64,000 nucleotides of DNA from the NCBI GenBank assembly GCA_041394285.1, contig JAWKIL010000003.1, positions 24,534-88,533 on the forward strand, written 5' to 3'. The stretch comes from Acidimicrobiales bacterium. Lineage in GTDB: Bacteria; Actinomycetota; Acidimicrobiia; Acidimicrobiales; SZUA-35. Positions 41,662-51,501 of the stretch are shown one piece after another. A program made the translations under genes and the position numbers. The notes beneath the pieces are model-generated. The model searched no databases and had not been told where the DNA came from. It saw only the letters and a list, made by a program, of their open reading frames with translations. Every line of letters begins with the position of its first letter. Positions within the stretch are counted from its first letter, which is position 1.

Positions 41662-42528
41662 TCAGTCGGCGGCGGCGGCCACCTCGATGCGGTCCTGACG
41701 CCACTCCCGGGCGGCCACCAGGGCCCGCTCCGAGGCGGAGAGGATCTCGTCGGGGGTGAACGCGTGGGCCGGATAGCAGGCCACACCGGCCCAGACGGTG
41801 AGCCCGGCGTGGACCTCGGCCAGCTGGCGCCGCATGCGCTCCACCGTCCAGATGGCCCCGTTCTCCGGGGTGTCCTCCAGCAGCAGGGCGAAGTAGCCGC
41901 TGCGGAGGCGGCAGGCGGTGTCGGCCTCCCGCAGGGTGGCCCTGATCACCGTCGACACCATCTTGGCGTCGACCGGGCGGGGGTCGCCGGTGGGCAGCCC
42001 CTCCACGACCTCCAACAGCACCACGGCGATCGGCCGCAGGTGGCGGCGGGCCGCCGCGATACGCGATTCCAGCGCCACCCGGAAGAAGTTCTCGCTGAAC
42101 AGACCGGTGGTCTTGTCCATCAGGGCGTCGTTGTCGTCACCCTCACCGTCGATCTCCACCACCGGCTCGTCGGTCGCCCCGGGGGCGGCCGGCCCCGGTG
42201 TAGGGGCTGGCCCGCTGGCCGGATGGGCCTCGGGGCCCCGAACCACGGCCACGCCGTCGGCGCTGCCGGTGACCGACACCGACGTGCCGACCCCGCTGAC
42301 CGTCCCCACCGGCGGGGCGCCGTTGTCGACGATGGCCCGCAGGGCGACCTGGCGTTCCATGCGCTGGGCCGTCATCAGCCCCAGCAGGCCGGCCACGAGG
42401 GCCAGGCCGCCGGCGGCGGCCCCCAGCATCGCCTCGTCCAGGGCCAGGCCGAGAAAGCCGACCACCAGGCCAAGGCTCCCGGCCGCCAGGCTCGGGCCGG
42501 TCTGCAGCGTGAATCGAGATCCAGTCAT
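41662..42528 (-). CDS. membrane-anchored degenerate GGDEF-domain protein (RSGYF in place of GGDEF; RxxD I-site retained)
   Basis: 288 aa with two N-terminal TM helices. It has a GGDEF-fold pattern (DKTTGLFSENFFRVALE...), and the active-site region reads LREADTACRLRSGYFALLLED. Confidence 0.75.
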   Translation of the reverse strand: MTGSRFTLQTGPSLAAGSLGLVVGFLGLALDEAMLGAAAGGLALVAGLLGLMTAQRMERQVALRAIVDNGAPPVGTVSGVGTSVSVTGSADGVAVVRGPEAHPASGPAPTPGPAAPGATDEPVVEIDGEGDDNDALMDKTTGLFSENFFRVALESRIAAARRHLRPIAVVLLEVVEGLPTGDPRPVDAKMVSTVIRATLREADTACRLRSGYFALLLEDTPENGAIWTVERMRRQLAEVHAGLTVWAGVACYPAHAFTPDEILSASERALVAAREWRQDRIEVAAAAD

Positions 42529-42633
42529 GACTGCGCTCCATCGGCGGAGGCGGGCCCGCTGTGAGCGAACCCGCCGAGAGTTGAGCCAACGCCGCGCCCA
42601 GCTGGCATCCAGCAGTGAAATCCAGAGCCGAAT

Positions 42634-44646
42634 CTAGCCGGCGCCCTGGCTCTCCCGGTGGGCCAGGGCCAGGTCGGCCAGGTGCTCCACGATGTCGGCG
42701 ATCCGGTAGTCCTTGGGGGTGAACACGGCGGCCACGCCCTGGGCCAGCAGACCCGGCTGGTCCTCGTCCGGGATGATCCCGCCCACCACCACCGGGGCGT
42801 CGATCCCTTCGGCCCGCATCCGGGCCACCACCTCGGGCACCAGCTCCAGGTGGCTGCCCGACAGAATCGACAGGCCCACCAGGTCGGGGTCTTCGTCCCG
42901 GGCCACCGCCGCGATCTGGGCCGGGGTGAGCCGTATCCCCTCGTAGATGACCTCCATGCCGGCGTCGCGGGCCGCCACCGCGATCTGCTCGGCCCCGTTG
43001 GAGTGGCCGTCGAGGCCGGGCTTGGCGATCAGGATGCGGGGCGGGCCGGTGGGCACCTGGCGGAGCCGGGACGACAGCCGAGCCAGGGCGGCCCCGGCGC
43101 TGGTGACCGTGGCGGTGCTGATCGACGCTCCCGAGCGGCCGCTGATCCCGGTGGGGGCCCGGTACTCGCCGAACACCGAGCGCAGGCAATCGGCCCACTC
43201 CCCGGTGGTGCCGCCCGCCCGGGCCAGGGCGATCGTGGGCTCCATGATGTTGTCGGTGCCCCGGGCGGCGGCCTCGAGCTCGGCCCGGGCCCGGTCCACC
43301 GCCCCCTGGTCACGGGCGGCCCGCCACGCCACCACGTCGGCGATCAGCTGCTCCTGCACCGTCGGGTCCACCCGCAGGATCGATTCGGCCCCGCCCAGCG
43401 GCGACTCGGTGGCCTCGACGAAGGCGTTGACCCCCACGACGGTCTGCTCGCCCGACTCGATCCGCCGCATCCGCTCGGCGTGGGAGCGCACCAGGCGGCT
43501 CTTCAGCTCGCCGATGGCCTCGAACACGCCGCCCAGCTCCAGGATCTCGTCGAGCTCGGCCTGGGCCGCCTCGGCCAGCTCGGCCGTGCGGGCCTCGATC
43601 ACGTGGGAGCCGGCGAAGATGTCGTCGTACTCCAGCAGGTCGGTCTCCAGCGCCAGCACCTGCTGGGCCCGCAGCGACCACTGCTGGTCCCACGGGCGGG
43701 GCAGGCCCAGGGCCTCGTTCCAGGCCGGGAGCTGGATCGAGCGGGCCCGGGCGTCGCGGCTCAGCGTCACCCCCAGCGTCTCGAGCATGATCCGGTACAC
43801 GTTGTTCTCCGGCTGGGCCTCGGTGAGCCCGAGCGAGTTCACCTGCACGCCGTAGCGGAAGCGGCGGGCCTTGGGATCGGTCACCCCGTAGCGCTGGGCC
43901 GTGAGCCGGTCCCACAGCTGGGTGAAGGCCCGCATCTTGCACGTCTCCTCCACGAAGCGGATGCCGGAGTTGACGAAGAACGAGGTGGAGGCGACCACGG
44001 CGTCGAACCGGTCGGCCGGCACCTGGCCCGAGTCACGCACGGCGTCGAGCACGCCGAGGGCGGTGGCCAGCGAGTAGGCGATCTCCTGCACCGGCGTGGC
44101 CCCCGCCTCCTGCAGGTGGTACGAGCACACGTTCATCGGGTTCCACAGCGGCACGTGCTGGGAGCAGAAGGCGAACATGTCGACGATGAGCCGCCGGCTG
44201 GGCAGGGGCGGGAAGATGTAGGTGCCCCGGCTCAGGTACTCCTTCACGATGTCGTTCTGGGTGGTGCCCCGGAGCTGGCGGCTGTCCACCCCCTGGTCGG
44301 CGGCGTTGGCGATGTACAGCCCGAGCAGCCAGGCGGCGGGGGCGTTGATCGTCATCGACGTGTTCATCTGGTCGAGCGGGATCCCGTCGAGCAGCTGGGC
44401 CATGTGCCCCCGGTGGACCACCGGCACCCCCACCTTGCCGACCTCGCCGTTGGCCAGCACGTGGTCGGGGTCGTAACCGGTCTGGGTGGGCAGGTCGAAG
44501 GCGATCGACAGGCCGGTCTGGCCCTTGGCCAGGTTCGTCCGGTACAAGGCGTTCGACGCCGCCGCCGTGGAGTGCCCGGAGTAGGTGCGCATCATCCACG
44601 GCTTGTCGGGGGCGGGGAGGGGGGCAGGACGGGGGGTTTCAGCCAC
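42634..44646 (-). CDS. B12-dependent acyl-CoA mutase with fused cobalamin-binding domain (MeaA/ethylmalonyl-CoA mutase-like)
   Basis: 670 aa with PWMMRTYSGHS, a TIM-barrel mutase body and a C-terminal B12 domain (KPGLDGHSNGAEQIA). The size and N-terminus fit MeaA/Ecm better than McmA, but substrate cannot be assigned from sequence alone. Confidence 0.85.
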   Translation of the reverse strand: MAETPRPAPLPAPDKPWMMRTYSGHSTAAASNALYRTNLAKGQTGLSIAFDLPTQTGYDPDHVLANGEVGKVGVPVVHRGHMAQLLDGIPLDQMNTSMTINAPAAWLLGLYIANAADQGVDSRQLRGTTQNDIVKEYLSRGTYIFPPLPSRRLIVDMFAFCSQHVPLWNPMNVCSYHLQEAGATPVQEIAYSLATALGVLDAVRDSGQVPADRFDAVVASTSFFVNSGIRFVEETCKMRAFTQLWDRLTAQRYGVTDPKARRFRYGVQVNSLGLTEAQPENNVYRIMLETLGVTLSRDARARSIQLPAWNEALGLPRPWDQQWSLRAQQVLALETDLLEYDDIFAGSHVIEARTAELAEAAQAELDEILELGGVFEAIGELKSRLVRSHAERMRRIESGEQTVVGVNAFVEATESPLGGAESILRVDPTVQEQLIADVVAWRAARDQGAVDRARAELEAAARGTDNIMEPTIALARAGGTTGEWADCLRSVFGEYRAPTGISGRSGASISTATVTSAGAALARLSSRLRQVPTGPPRILIAKPGLDGHSNGAEQIAVAARDAGMEVIYEGIRLTPAQIAAVARDEDPDLVGLSILSGSHLELVPEVVARMRAEGIDAPVVVGGIIPDEDQPGLLAQGVAAVFTPKDYRIADIVEHLADLALAHRESQGAG

Positions 44647-44707
44647 GGCCCCCAGTGTGGAGTGCCCGGCCCCCCGCCCGCTAGTGGGGCCGCCCCGCCT
44701 GCCCCGC

Positions 44708-45529
44708 TCAGCGGGACAGGAGGCGGGCCGGTAGGGGCCGGCGCAGGGCCTGTTCCAGGGCCCCGCAGTACTGGACCCGGGGGATGGCCACCGCCCCCAG
44801 CGACGCCAGATGGGGCGTGACCCACTGGACGTCGAGCACGACGTCGGGGTCGTGGTCGAGCAGGTCGACCAGGTGGACGAGGGCCACCTTGGAGGCGTCG
44901 GTGCGGCGGTGGAACATCGATTCCCCGGCGAACAGGCCGCCGATGGCCACCCCGTACAGCCCGCCGGCCAGCCCGTCGTCGTCCCACACCTCCACGCTGT
45001 GGGCCCACCCCAGGGCGTGGAGCCGGCCGTAGGCCCGCAGCATCCGGTTGTCGATCCACCCCAGAGGGCGGGCCGGGTCGGCGCAGGCCCGGATCACCTC
45101 GTCGAAGGCGGCGTCGACCGTGACCGTGTAGCGGCGCATCGAACGGCGCAGCGAGCGCGACACCACCAGCCCCTCGATCGGCAGCACGCCACGGGGCTCG
45201 GGATGGAACCAGCCGATCCGGGTGCGGGACACCGGCATCGGGAAGTAGCCGCCGGCGTAGGCCCGCAGCAGGGTGCCGGGCTCCAGATCGGCGCCCACCG
45301 CCACCAGGTCCTCGTCGGGCGGCAGTTCGTGGGGCGAGGGGAACGACCAGTCGGTGGCCGGCGGCACGATCGGCTGCACCGGCCGGCCCGGGCCCGAACC
45401 TCCGCCTGCCACCCCGGGCTTGCTCGACGGTGTTGACGGATGGCGCACCCGGACCACGCTTCCACCATACGGGGCGCTTCGCCCCAGCCGCGACCGCAGC
45501 GGCCCGAACGGCGGTTCACCAGGGCGCAC
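44708..45529 (-). CDS. aat: leucyl/phenylalanyl-tRNA--protein transferase
   Basis: LLRAYAGGYFPM, GGLYGVAIGGLFAGESMF and VLDVQWVTPHLASLG. The start is uncertain (ATG 45529, or an internal start after the low-complexity N-terminus). Confidence 0.85.
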   Translation of the reverse strand: MRPGEPPFGPLRSRLGRSAPYGGSVVRVRHPSTPSSKPGVAGGGSGPGRPVQPIVPPATDWSFPSPHELPPDEDLVAVGADLEPGTLLRAYAGGYFPMPVSRTRIGWFHPEPRGVLPIEGLVVSRSLRRSMRRYTVTVDAAFDEVIRACADPARPLGWIDNRMLRAYGRLHALGWAHSVEVWDDDGLAGGLYGVAIGGLFAGESMFHRRTDASKVALVHLVDLLDHDPDVVLDVQWVTPHLASLGAVAIPRVQYCGALEQALRRPLPARLLSR

Positions 45530-45541
45530 GGCCGGTGCCGC

Positions 45542-46423
45542 TCAGGACTCGGTGATCGTCACCTTGGTGATGTAGATCTCCTCGGTCGGGAAGTCGTCGG
45601 CGTCGGTGGGCAGGTTCTCGATGGCGCTCACCACGTCCATGCCCTCGGTGACCTTGCCGAACAGGGAGTACTGGGGCGGCAGGTTCACGCCGTTCTCCCC
45701 GGTGACCACGAAGAACTGGCTGCCGGTGCTGTTGGCCCGGCCGGTGTTGGCCATGGCCAGCGAGCCGACCTCGTAGGCCTTGGCGTCGCCCTCGACCGTG
45801 GGCACCTCCTCGGCGATGGTGTAGCCCGGGCCGCCGGTGCCGAGGGGATCGCCCACGGCGTCGCCGCCCTGGATCACGAAGCCCTTGATGATCCGGTGGA
45901 AGGGCACCCCGTCGTAGTAGTGGTAGCGGGCCAGGAACACGAAGTTGTTGACCGTGACCGGGGCCAGCGACGGATCGAGCTCGGCCGTGATCGTGCCCAG
46001 CGTGGTCTCCATCGTGGCGGTGTAGGTCTTCGTGTCGTCGATGCAGGTGGGCGGGGCCGCCTCGAAGCTGGTGGTCCGCTCCGACGAGCCGTCCTCGGCC
46101 GGGCATTCCGGCGTGCCGGTGCTGGTGGCGCCGGGGGCGGGGGCGCTCACGGCGGGGGCACCGTCGGTGGCGGCGGTGCTGGCCGTGGTCGACGGAGCCG
46201 AGCCGCCGGAATCCGACGTCTCGGCTGCGGTGGTGGACGTGGTGGCGGTCTCGTCGTCGCCGCCGGTGAGCGACAACAGCAGGGCGGCGGCAGCCACCCC
46301 GATCACCACCAGGGCGATCACGATGACGTACTGCTTGCGCTGGTCGCGCTTCTCCACCTTCTGGACTTCAGCGATCTTCTTGGCCCGGTTGGCCTTCTGA
46401 CGGGCTCGCTTCTCGGTTCCCAC
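45542..46423 (-). CDS. cyclophilin-type peptidyl-prolyl cis-trans isomerase, membrane-anchored
   Basis: 293 aa with a basic N-terminus, a TM helix, a Ser/Thr/Ala-rich linker and a cyclophilin domain (FHRIIKGFVIQGGD, GSLAMANTG.NSTGSQFF). Confidence 0.9.
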   Translation of the reverse strand: MGTEKRARQKANRAKKIAEVQKVEKRDQRKQYVIVIALVVIGVAAAALLLSLTGGDDETATTSTTAAETSDSGGSAPSTTASTAATDGAPAVSAPAPGATSTGTPECPAEDGSSERTTSFEAAPPTCIDDTKTYTATMETTLGTITAELDPSLAPVTVNNFVFLARYHYYDGVPFHRIIKGFVIQGGDAVGDPLGTGGPGYTIAEEVPTVEGDAKAYEVGSLAMANTGRANSTGSQFFVVTGENGVNLPPQYSLFGKVTEGMDVVSAIENLPTDADDFPTEEIYITKVTITES

Positions 46424-46541
46424 GGTCCGTCACCGTACAGCCCGTGCTGCCCGATCCGATACCGCCGGGAGGCACACCACGGCGACACCGCGGACCGCCA
46501 CCTGAGTCGCCCCGGCCCCGCACCCGGTAGCTTGTGAGATC

Positions 46542-47762
46542 GTGGCTCGTCTCGTGCAGAAGTTCGGCGGTACGTCGGTAGGTGATCCCGAGCGGATGCG
46601 GGCCGTGGCCGATCACGTGGCCCGTTGCCGGCGCCGGGGCGACCAGGTGACGATGGTGGTCTCGGCCATGGGCAAGGAGACCGACGAGCTCCTCCTGATG
46701 GCCGACCGGGTGTCGAAGACCCAGCCCGGCCGGGAGATGGACATGCTGATCACGGCGGGTGAGCGCAAGGCCGTCGCCCTGATGTGCATGGCCCTGTCCG
46801 ACCTCGGCGTGCCGGCCCAGTCGTTCACCGGCAGCCAAGCCGGGTTCCTCACCGACACCAACCACCGCAACGCCAAGATCCTCGAGATCCGCCCCGGGCG
46901 GGTGCTGGAGGCGATCGAGGCCGGGATCGTTCCCGTGGTGGCCGGAGCCCAGGGCATGTCGACCGACCGCGATGTCACGTTCCTCGGCCGGGGTGGCAGC
47001 GACACCACGGCGGTGGCCCTGGCCAAGGTGCTGTCGGCCGACGTGTGCGAGCTCTACACCGACGTGTCGGGCGTGTTCAGCGCCGATCCAAGGGTGGTGC
47101 CGGCGGCCCAGAAGATGGCCTCGATCACCTTCGACGAGCTGCTGGAGATGACGGCCACCGGGTGCCCCAAGCCGGCCATGCGGTCGGTGGAGGTGGCCCA
47201 CAACCATGCCGTGCCCCTGCACGTCCGCTCCGCCTTCACCTGGGAGCTGGGCACCTACGTTGGAGAGAAGGACCTGTCCGTGGAAGAACCGATCATCCGT
47301 GCCGTCACCCACGACACCTCGGAGTCGAAGTTGACCGTGGTGGGCGTGCCCGACCGTCCCGGTGTGGCCGCCACCCTGTTCCGGGCCCTGGCCGACGACA
47401 ACATCAACGTCGACATGATCGTGCAGAACGTGGCGGCCGACGGCACCACCGACATCTCGTTCACCGTGCCCACCGAGGACCTGGACCGGGCCTCGGCCGT
47501 GATCGACAGCGGGATCGGCGGCCGGCTGGGGATCAAGGGCGTGACCGCCGACCGGGCCATCGGCCGGGTGTCGGTGATCGGGGCCGGCATGAAGTCGAAC
47601 CCCGGTGTGGCGGCCATGATGTTCGAGACCCTGGCGGCCAACGGCATCAACATCGACATGATCTCCACCTCGGCCATCCGCATCAGCTGCGTGGTCGACG
47701 CCGACCAGGTGGAGCCGGCCGTCCAGTACCTCCACACCGCCTTCGGGCTCGACGGCCAGTAG
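46542..47762 (+). CDS. ask: aspartate kinase
   Basis: 406 aa with VQKFGGTSV, a kinase domain and two C-terminal ACT domains. GTG start. Confidence 0.93.
   Translation: MARLVQKFGGTSVGDPERMRAVADHVARCRRRGDQVTMVVSAMGKETDELLLMADRVSKTQPGREMDMLITAGERKAVALMCMALSDLGVPAQSFTGSQAGFLTDTNHRNAKILEIRPGRVLEAIEAGIVPVVAGAQGMSTDRDVTFLGRGGSDTTAVALAKVLSADVCELYTDVSGVFSADPRVVPAAQKMASITFDELLEMTATGCPKPAMRSVEVAHNHAVPLHVRSAFTWELGTYVGEKDLSVEEPIIRAVTHDTSESKLTVVGVPDRPGVAATLFRALADDNINVDMIVQNVAADGTTDISFTVPTEDLDRASAVIDSGIGGRLGIKGVTADRAIGRVSVIGAGMKSNPGVAAMMFETLAANGINIDMISTSAIRISCVVDADQVEPAVQYLHTAFGLDGQ
47280..47762 (+). CDS. candidate nested aspartokinase beta-subunit ORF (in-frame internal start)
   Basis: An in-frame GTG at 47280 is preceded by GGAGAGAAGGA with a 7-nt spacer. 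It lies exactly at the kinase/ACT-domain boundary. Confidence 0.5.
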   Translation: MEEPIIRAVTHDTSESKLTVVGVPDRPGVAATLFRALADDNINVDMIVQNVAADGTTDISFTVPTEDLDRASAVIDSGIGGRLGIKGVTADRAIGRVSVIGAGMKSNPGVAAMMFETLAANGINIDMISTSAIRISCVVDADQVEPAVQYLHTAFGLDGQ

Positions 47763-47804
47763 ACCCCCGGCCCGGCCCGGCCCCCGCGAGCCGGCCGCGT
47801 CAGG

Positions 47805-49352
47805 TCATGATGCCGGGTCGAGCCGGTCGTAGGTCTCGTCGCAGGCGGTGCTGGGCCGCATGTCGGGGGGCTGGGTGTCGGTGGTGACGCAGTGGTAGGC
47901 CCGCACCACGCCGTCGATCGTCCACGATCGGGGCAGGCCGGTGGGCGGGTCGATCTCGAAGGTCACCTCCCGGCCCTCGGCGATCGCCGCCAGCAGTCGG
48001 TCGTGGACCGTGTAGGGGTCGAGCGAATCGTCGGCCGGATGGCCGGGAGCGAAGGCGAAGCCTGTGCCGGCGAACTGCATGACGAGGTCCACCATCCGGC
48101 CGTCGTTCTCGGCCCGGGCGTAGAGGTACGGCCCGAGCAGGACCCGCTTGAACAACTCGGCGCCGGCCCGGAGCTCCTCGCTGTCGTCGGCCGGGATGGA
48201 CGCGGTGATGGAGCCGCAGTCAACCGTCACCGGGGGCCGGCCCAGCATGCGGTCGCGGACCTCCACCTCGTAGCGGTGGGTCGAGCCCGGCTCGGTGGTG
48301 ACGTCGATCGGCGGGCCCCACTGGTTGCCCAGGGTGAGCGGCTCGCCGTCGCGGAACACGGTGAGCAGGTCGGGGGCGTAGGGGGTACCGCCGCCGGCGT
48401 CCAACTCGATCTGCGGATGGCCGGCGAACAACGACAGGGTGCACGGGGGAGTGGGCAGCTCGGTCGGGATGGCGGCCGAGCCGCACGGGAGGACGTGGAT
48501 GGCGCCGCCGGAGGCGGTGAGGCGCATCTCATAGGTGCGGGCCACGCCGAGCGGGGCTCCCAGGGCGCCGAAGTCGCTGAACACGCCCTGGGGCGACACC
48601 GGCTCGGCCTCGGCGCCGGGGCCGGCTGCGGTGCCGGGATCGGTTCGGCCGGGGGCGCCGTCCGGGATCGGGACGCCGTAGCTCGCCATCCGCTCGGTGA
48701 ACGCCGCCTGGAGCACGTCGTTGACGACGGTCGCCGGCTCCACCATCCCCCCGATCAGGTTGGTGCCGTCGGCCCACACCTCCCACGATGCGCCCACCGG
48801 CAGGTCCCACCAGTACACGGTGATTCCCTCGGCGGTGGCTTCAGCCGAGCACCGGGCGGCGGCCAGGGCGGCGCCCGAGGGCCCACCCGGGGCCACGAGC
48901 GGCCCGGGGCGGCGCCAGGCGGTGGGGGGTTCCAGCGTGGTGACCGGCACGCACGGGGTGGGAGCACCCGCCTGCGGGTCCACGAGCACCACGCCGGTGA
49001 ACCCGCTCGACTCCAGGGGCCGCCGGTCGACCAGCCACCCCGAGGCCAGCACCCCCCAGTTCTCCACCGGGCCCAACGGGCTGAACCCGCTCACCAGGTC
49101 GAAGGTCGTCGGGTCGGGAGCGGGCAGGCCGGCCAGGTTCTCCAGCTCGTCGATCGTGATCGCGACGCCCCCACAGCTGTACCGGCCGGTCTGGTCGGCC
49201 GGGGTCTCGTAGCCGATGTCACCGTCGATGCCATCGTCGGGCCCGGCGCGGACGGTCGCCTCGAAGCCCGGCTCCTCCGAGACCCCGGAACAGGCGGCGA
49301 GCCCGACGCAGGCGCACAGCCCGGCGACGGCCAGCTTGGACCTGATCGCCAT
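47805..49352 (-). CDS. hypothetical lipoprotein
   Basis: ORF 47805..49403 trimmed to ATG 49352 (MAIRSKLAVAGLCACVGLAAC lipobox). 515 aa, no domain recognised. Confidence 0.6.
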   Translation of the reverse strand: MAIRSKLAVAGLCACVGLAACSGVSEEPGFEATVRAGPDDGIDGDIGYETPADQTGRYSCGGVAITIDELENLAGLPAPDPTTFDLVSGFSPLGPVENWGVLASGWLVDRRPLESSGFTGVVLVDPQAGAPTPCVPVTTLEPPTAWRRPGPLVAPGGPSGAALAAARCSAEATAEGITVYWWDLPVGASWEVWADGTNLIGGMVEPATVVNDVLQAAFTERMASYGVPIPDGAPGRTDPGTAAGPGAEAEPVSPQGVFSDFGALGAPLGVARTYEMRLTASGGAIHVLPCGSAAIPTELPTPPCTLSLFAGHPQIELDAGGGTPYAPDLLTVFRDGEPLTLGNQWGPPIDVTTEPGSTHRYEVEVRDRMLGRPPVTVDCGSITASIPADDSEELRAGAELFKRVLLGPYLYARAENDGRMVDLVMQFAGTGFAFAPGHPADDSLDPYTVHDRLLAAIAEGREVTFEIDPPTGLPRSWTIDGVVRAYHCVTTDTQPPDMRPSTACDETYDRLDPAS

Positions 49353-49443
49353 CGTCAACGATCGCCGCCGCCGGCACCCCATGACACATCGACCGTACCG
49401 CATGGGGGTGATCCCGGCCCGTCAGCGGTCGGGGTTGGGCAGT

Positions 49444-50340
49444 TCAGCCCCAACAGTCGGGGCAACGGTCGCTCAGGGTCGCTTCCACCAGGAGCGGGTG
49501 CAGGGCCGCGGCGTTCGCCTCCACCTCGGCGATGCGGCCGTCGATGATGTCGTCGACCGTGGTCCGCAGGGCGTTGCGCTCGTCGGCGCTCAGCTCGGCC
49601 TGCTGGCACCGGGTCACCTGGCCCTCGATGCCGGGCTTGGTCTCACAGCCGAACTGGCGCCGGAGCCCGGGCAGGTCGAGCCAGCGCTGGGTCTGGGCCC
49701 GCAGCGTCTCCAGCTTCGCCGTGGCCTGGGCGGCCAGTCCCTCCGGCGAGGCGAGATACGCCAGCAGGTCGGCCCGGGCCGAGTCGGCCAGCGGCTGGCT
49801 GTAGACGGTGGGCAGGTTCGTCCCGTCCACGTCCAGTGCGTAGCGGGCGGCCACGATGCTGAACGAGCCGAGGCCCGGGGCGGCGAGCTCGAAGTGGTCG
49901 TCGTAGAGCGTCTCGAACGTGAACTGGTAGCGCTCGCTGCGGTGGTCGACCTCGATCGAGTCCACCGGCTCGTCGTCGTCGTCTTCCGCCGCGTTCCAGA
50001 CGATGACCAGCTCGCCGGCGTCGGCGCCGGCGTCGGCACCGGTGGCGTCGCACGCCGGCCCACCGGCGGCTCCCACCCGGGCGGTGGTGCCGGCCGGCCG
50101 GCACCAGGTGTCACGGCGCACGCCGAACTGGTCGGTGGTGGCGGCCGGCGGCCCGAAGGCGGTGCCGGCCGCCGCAGTCAGACGCTCATAGACCTCGTGG
50201 AGCGTGGATTCGGCGTCGTCGGCCGGATAGGCGAGGTTGACCCGGTTCTGCTCGTGCACCTGATCCAGGCCGTCGCCGCCGAAGCCGCAGTCGGCCACGG
50301 TCAGGATCGCCGCCATCGGGAGGAGCCGCCATCGCGCCAC
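49444..50340 (-). CDS. hypothetical secreted/lipoprotein-like protein
   Basis: 298 aa with an N-terminal hydrophobic segment that ends in the atypical lipobox VADC. It is acidic, and the C-terminus ends CPDCWG. Confidence 0.5.
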   Translation of the reverse strand: MARWRLLPMAAILTVADCGFGGDGLDQVHEQNRVNLAYPADDAESTLHEVYERLTAAAGTAFGPPAATTDQFGVRRDTWCRPAGTTARVGAAGGPACDATGADAGADAGELVIVWNAAEDDDDEPVDSIEVDHRSERYQFTFETLYDDHFELAAPGLGSFSIVAARYALDVDGTNLPTVYSQPLADSARADLLAYLASPEGLAAQATAKLETLRAQTQRWLDLPGLRRQFGCETKPGIEGQVTRCQQAELSADERNALRTTVDDIIDGRIAEVEANAAALHPLLVEATLSDRCPDCWG

Positions 50341-50391
50341 GGCGGCAGGCTAATTCCTGAACGGACCCGGGGGTTGGCGGACTACCCTTGA

Positions 50392-51417
<1,026 letters not shown>

Positions 51418-51433
51418 GACGCCGCTCCGGCCT

Positions 51434-51482
51434 GGAACTCTGACCGCCCGTGCCGCCCACCGACACGCCACGTCAGAGTTCC
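51434..51482. repeat. REP-like 49-bp palindromic element, copy C (also a likely bidirectional terminator)
   Basis: Perfect 11-bp arms (ggaactctgac / gtcagagttcc) around a 27-nt spacer that ends in acgccac. It lies between convergent asd and the crotonase gene. Confidence 0.85.
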
Positions 51483-51501
51483 ACGGTTTGGCCGACGTTG
51501 A

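Noticed and set aside
46424-46541. A possible lysine or other amino-acid riboswitch / leader upstream of ask.
   Set aside because: The 118-nt divergent intergenic region is too short for an L-box and shows no recognisable conserved riboswitch core or leader-peptide ORF.
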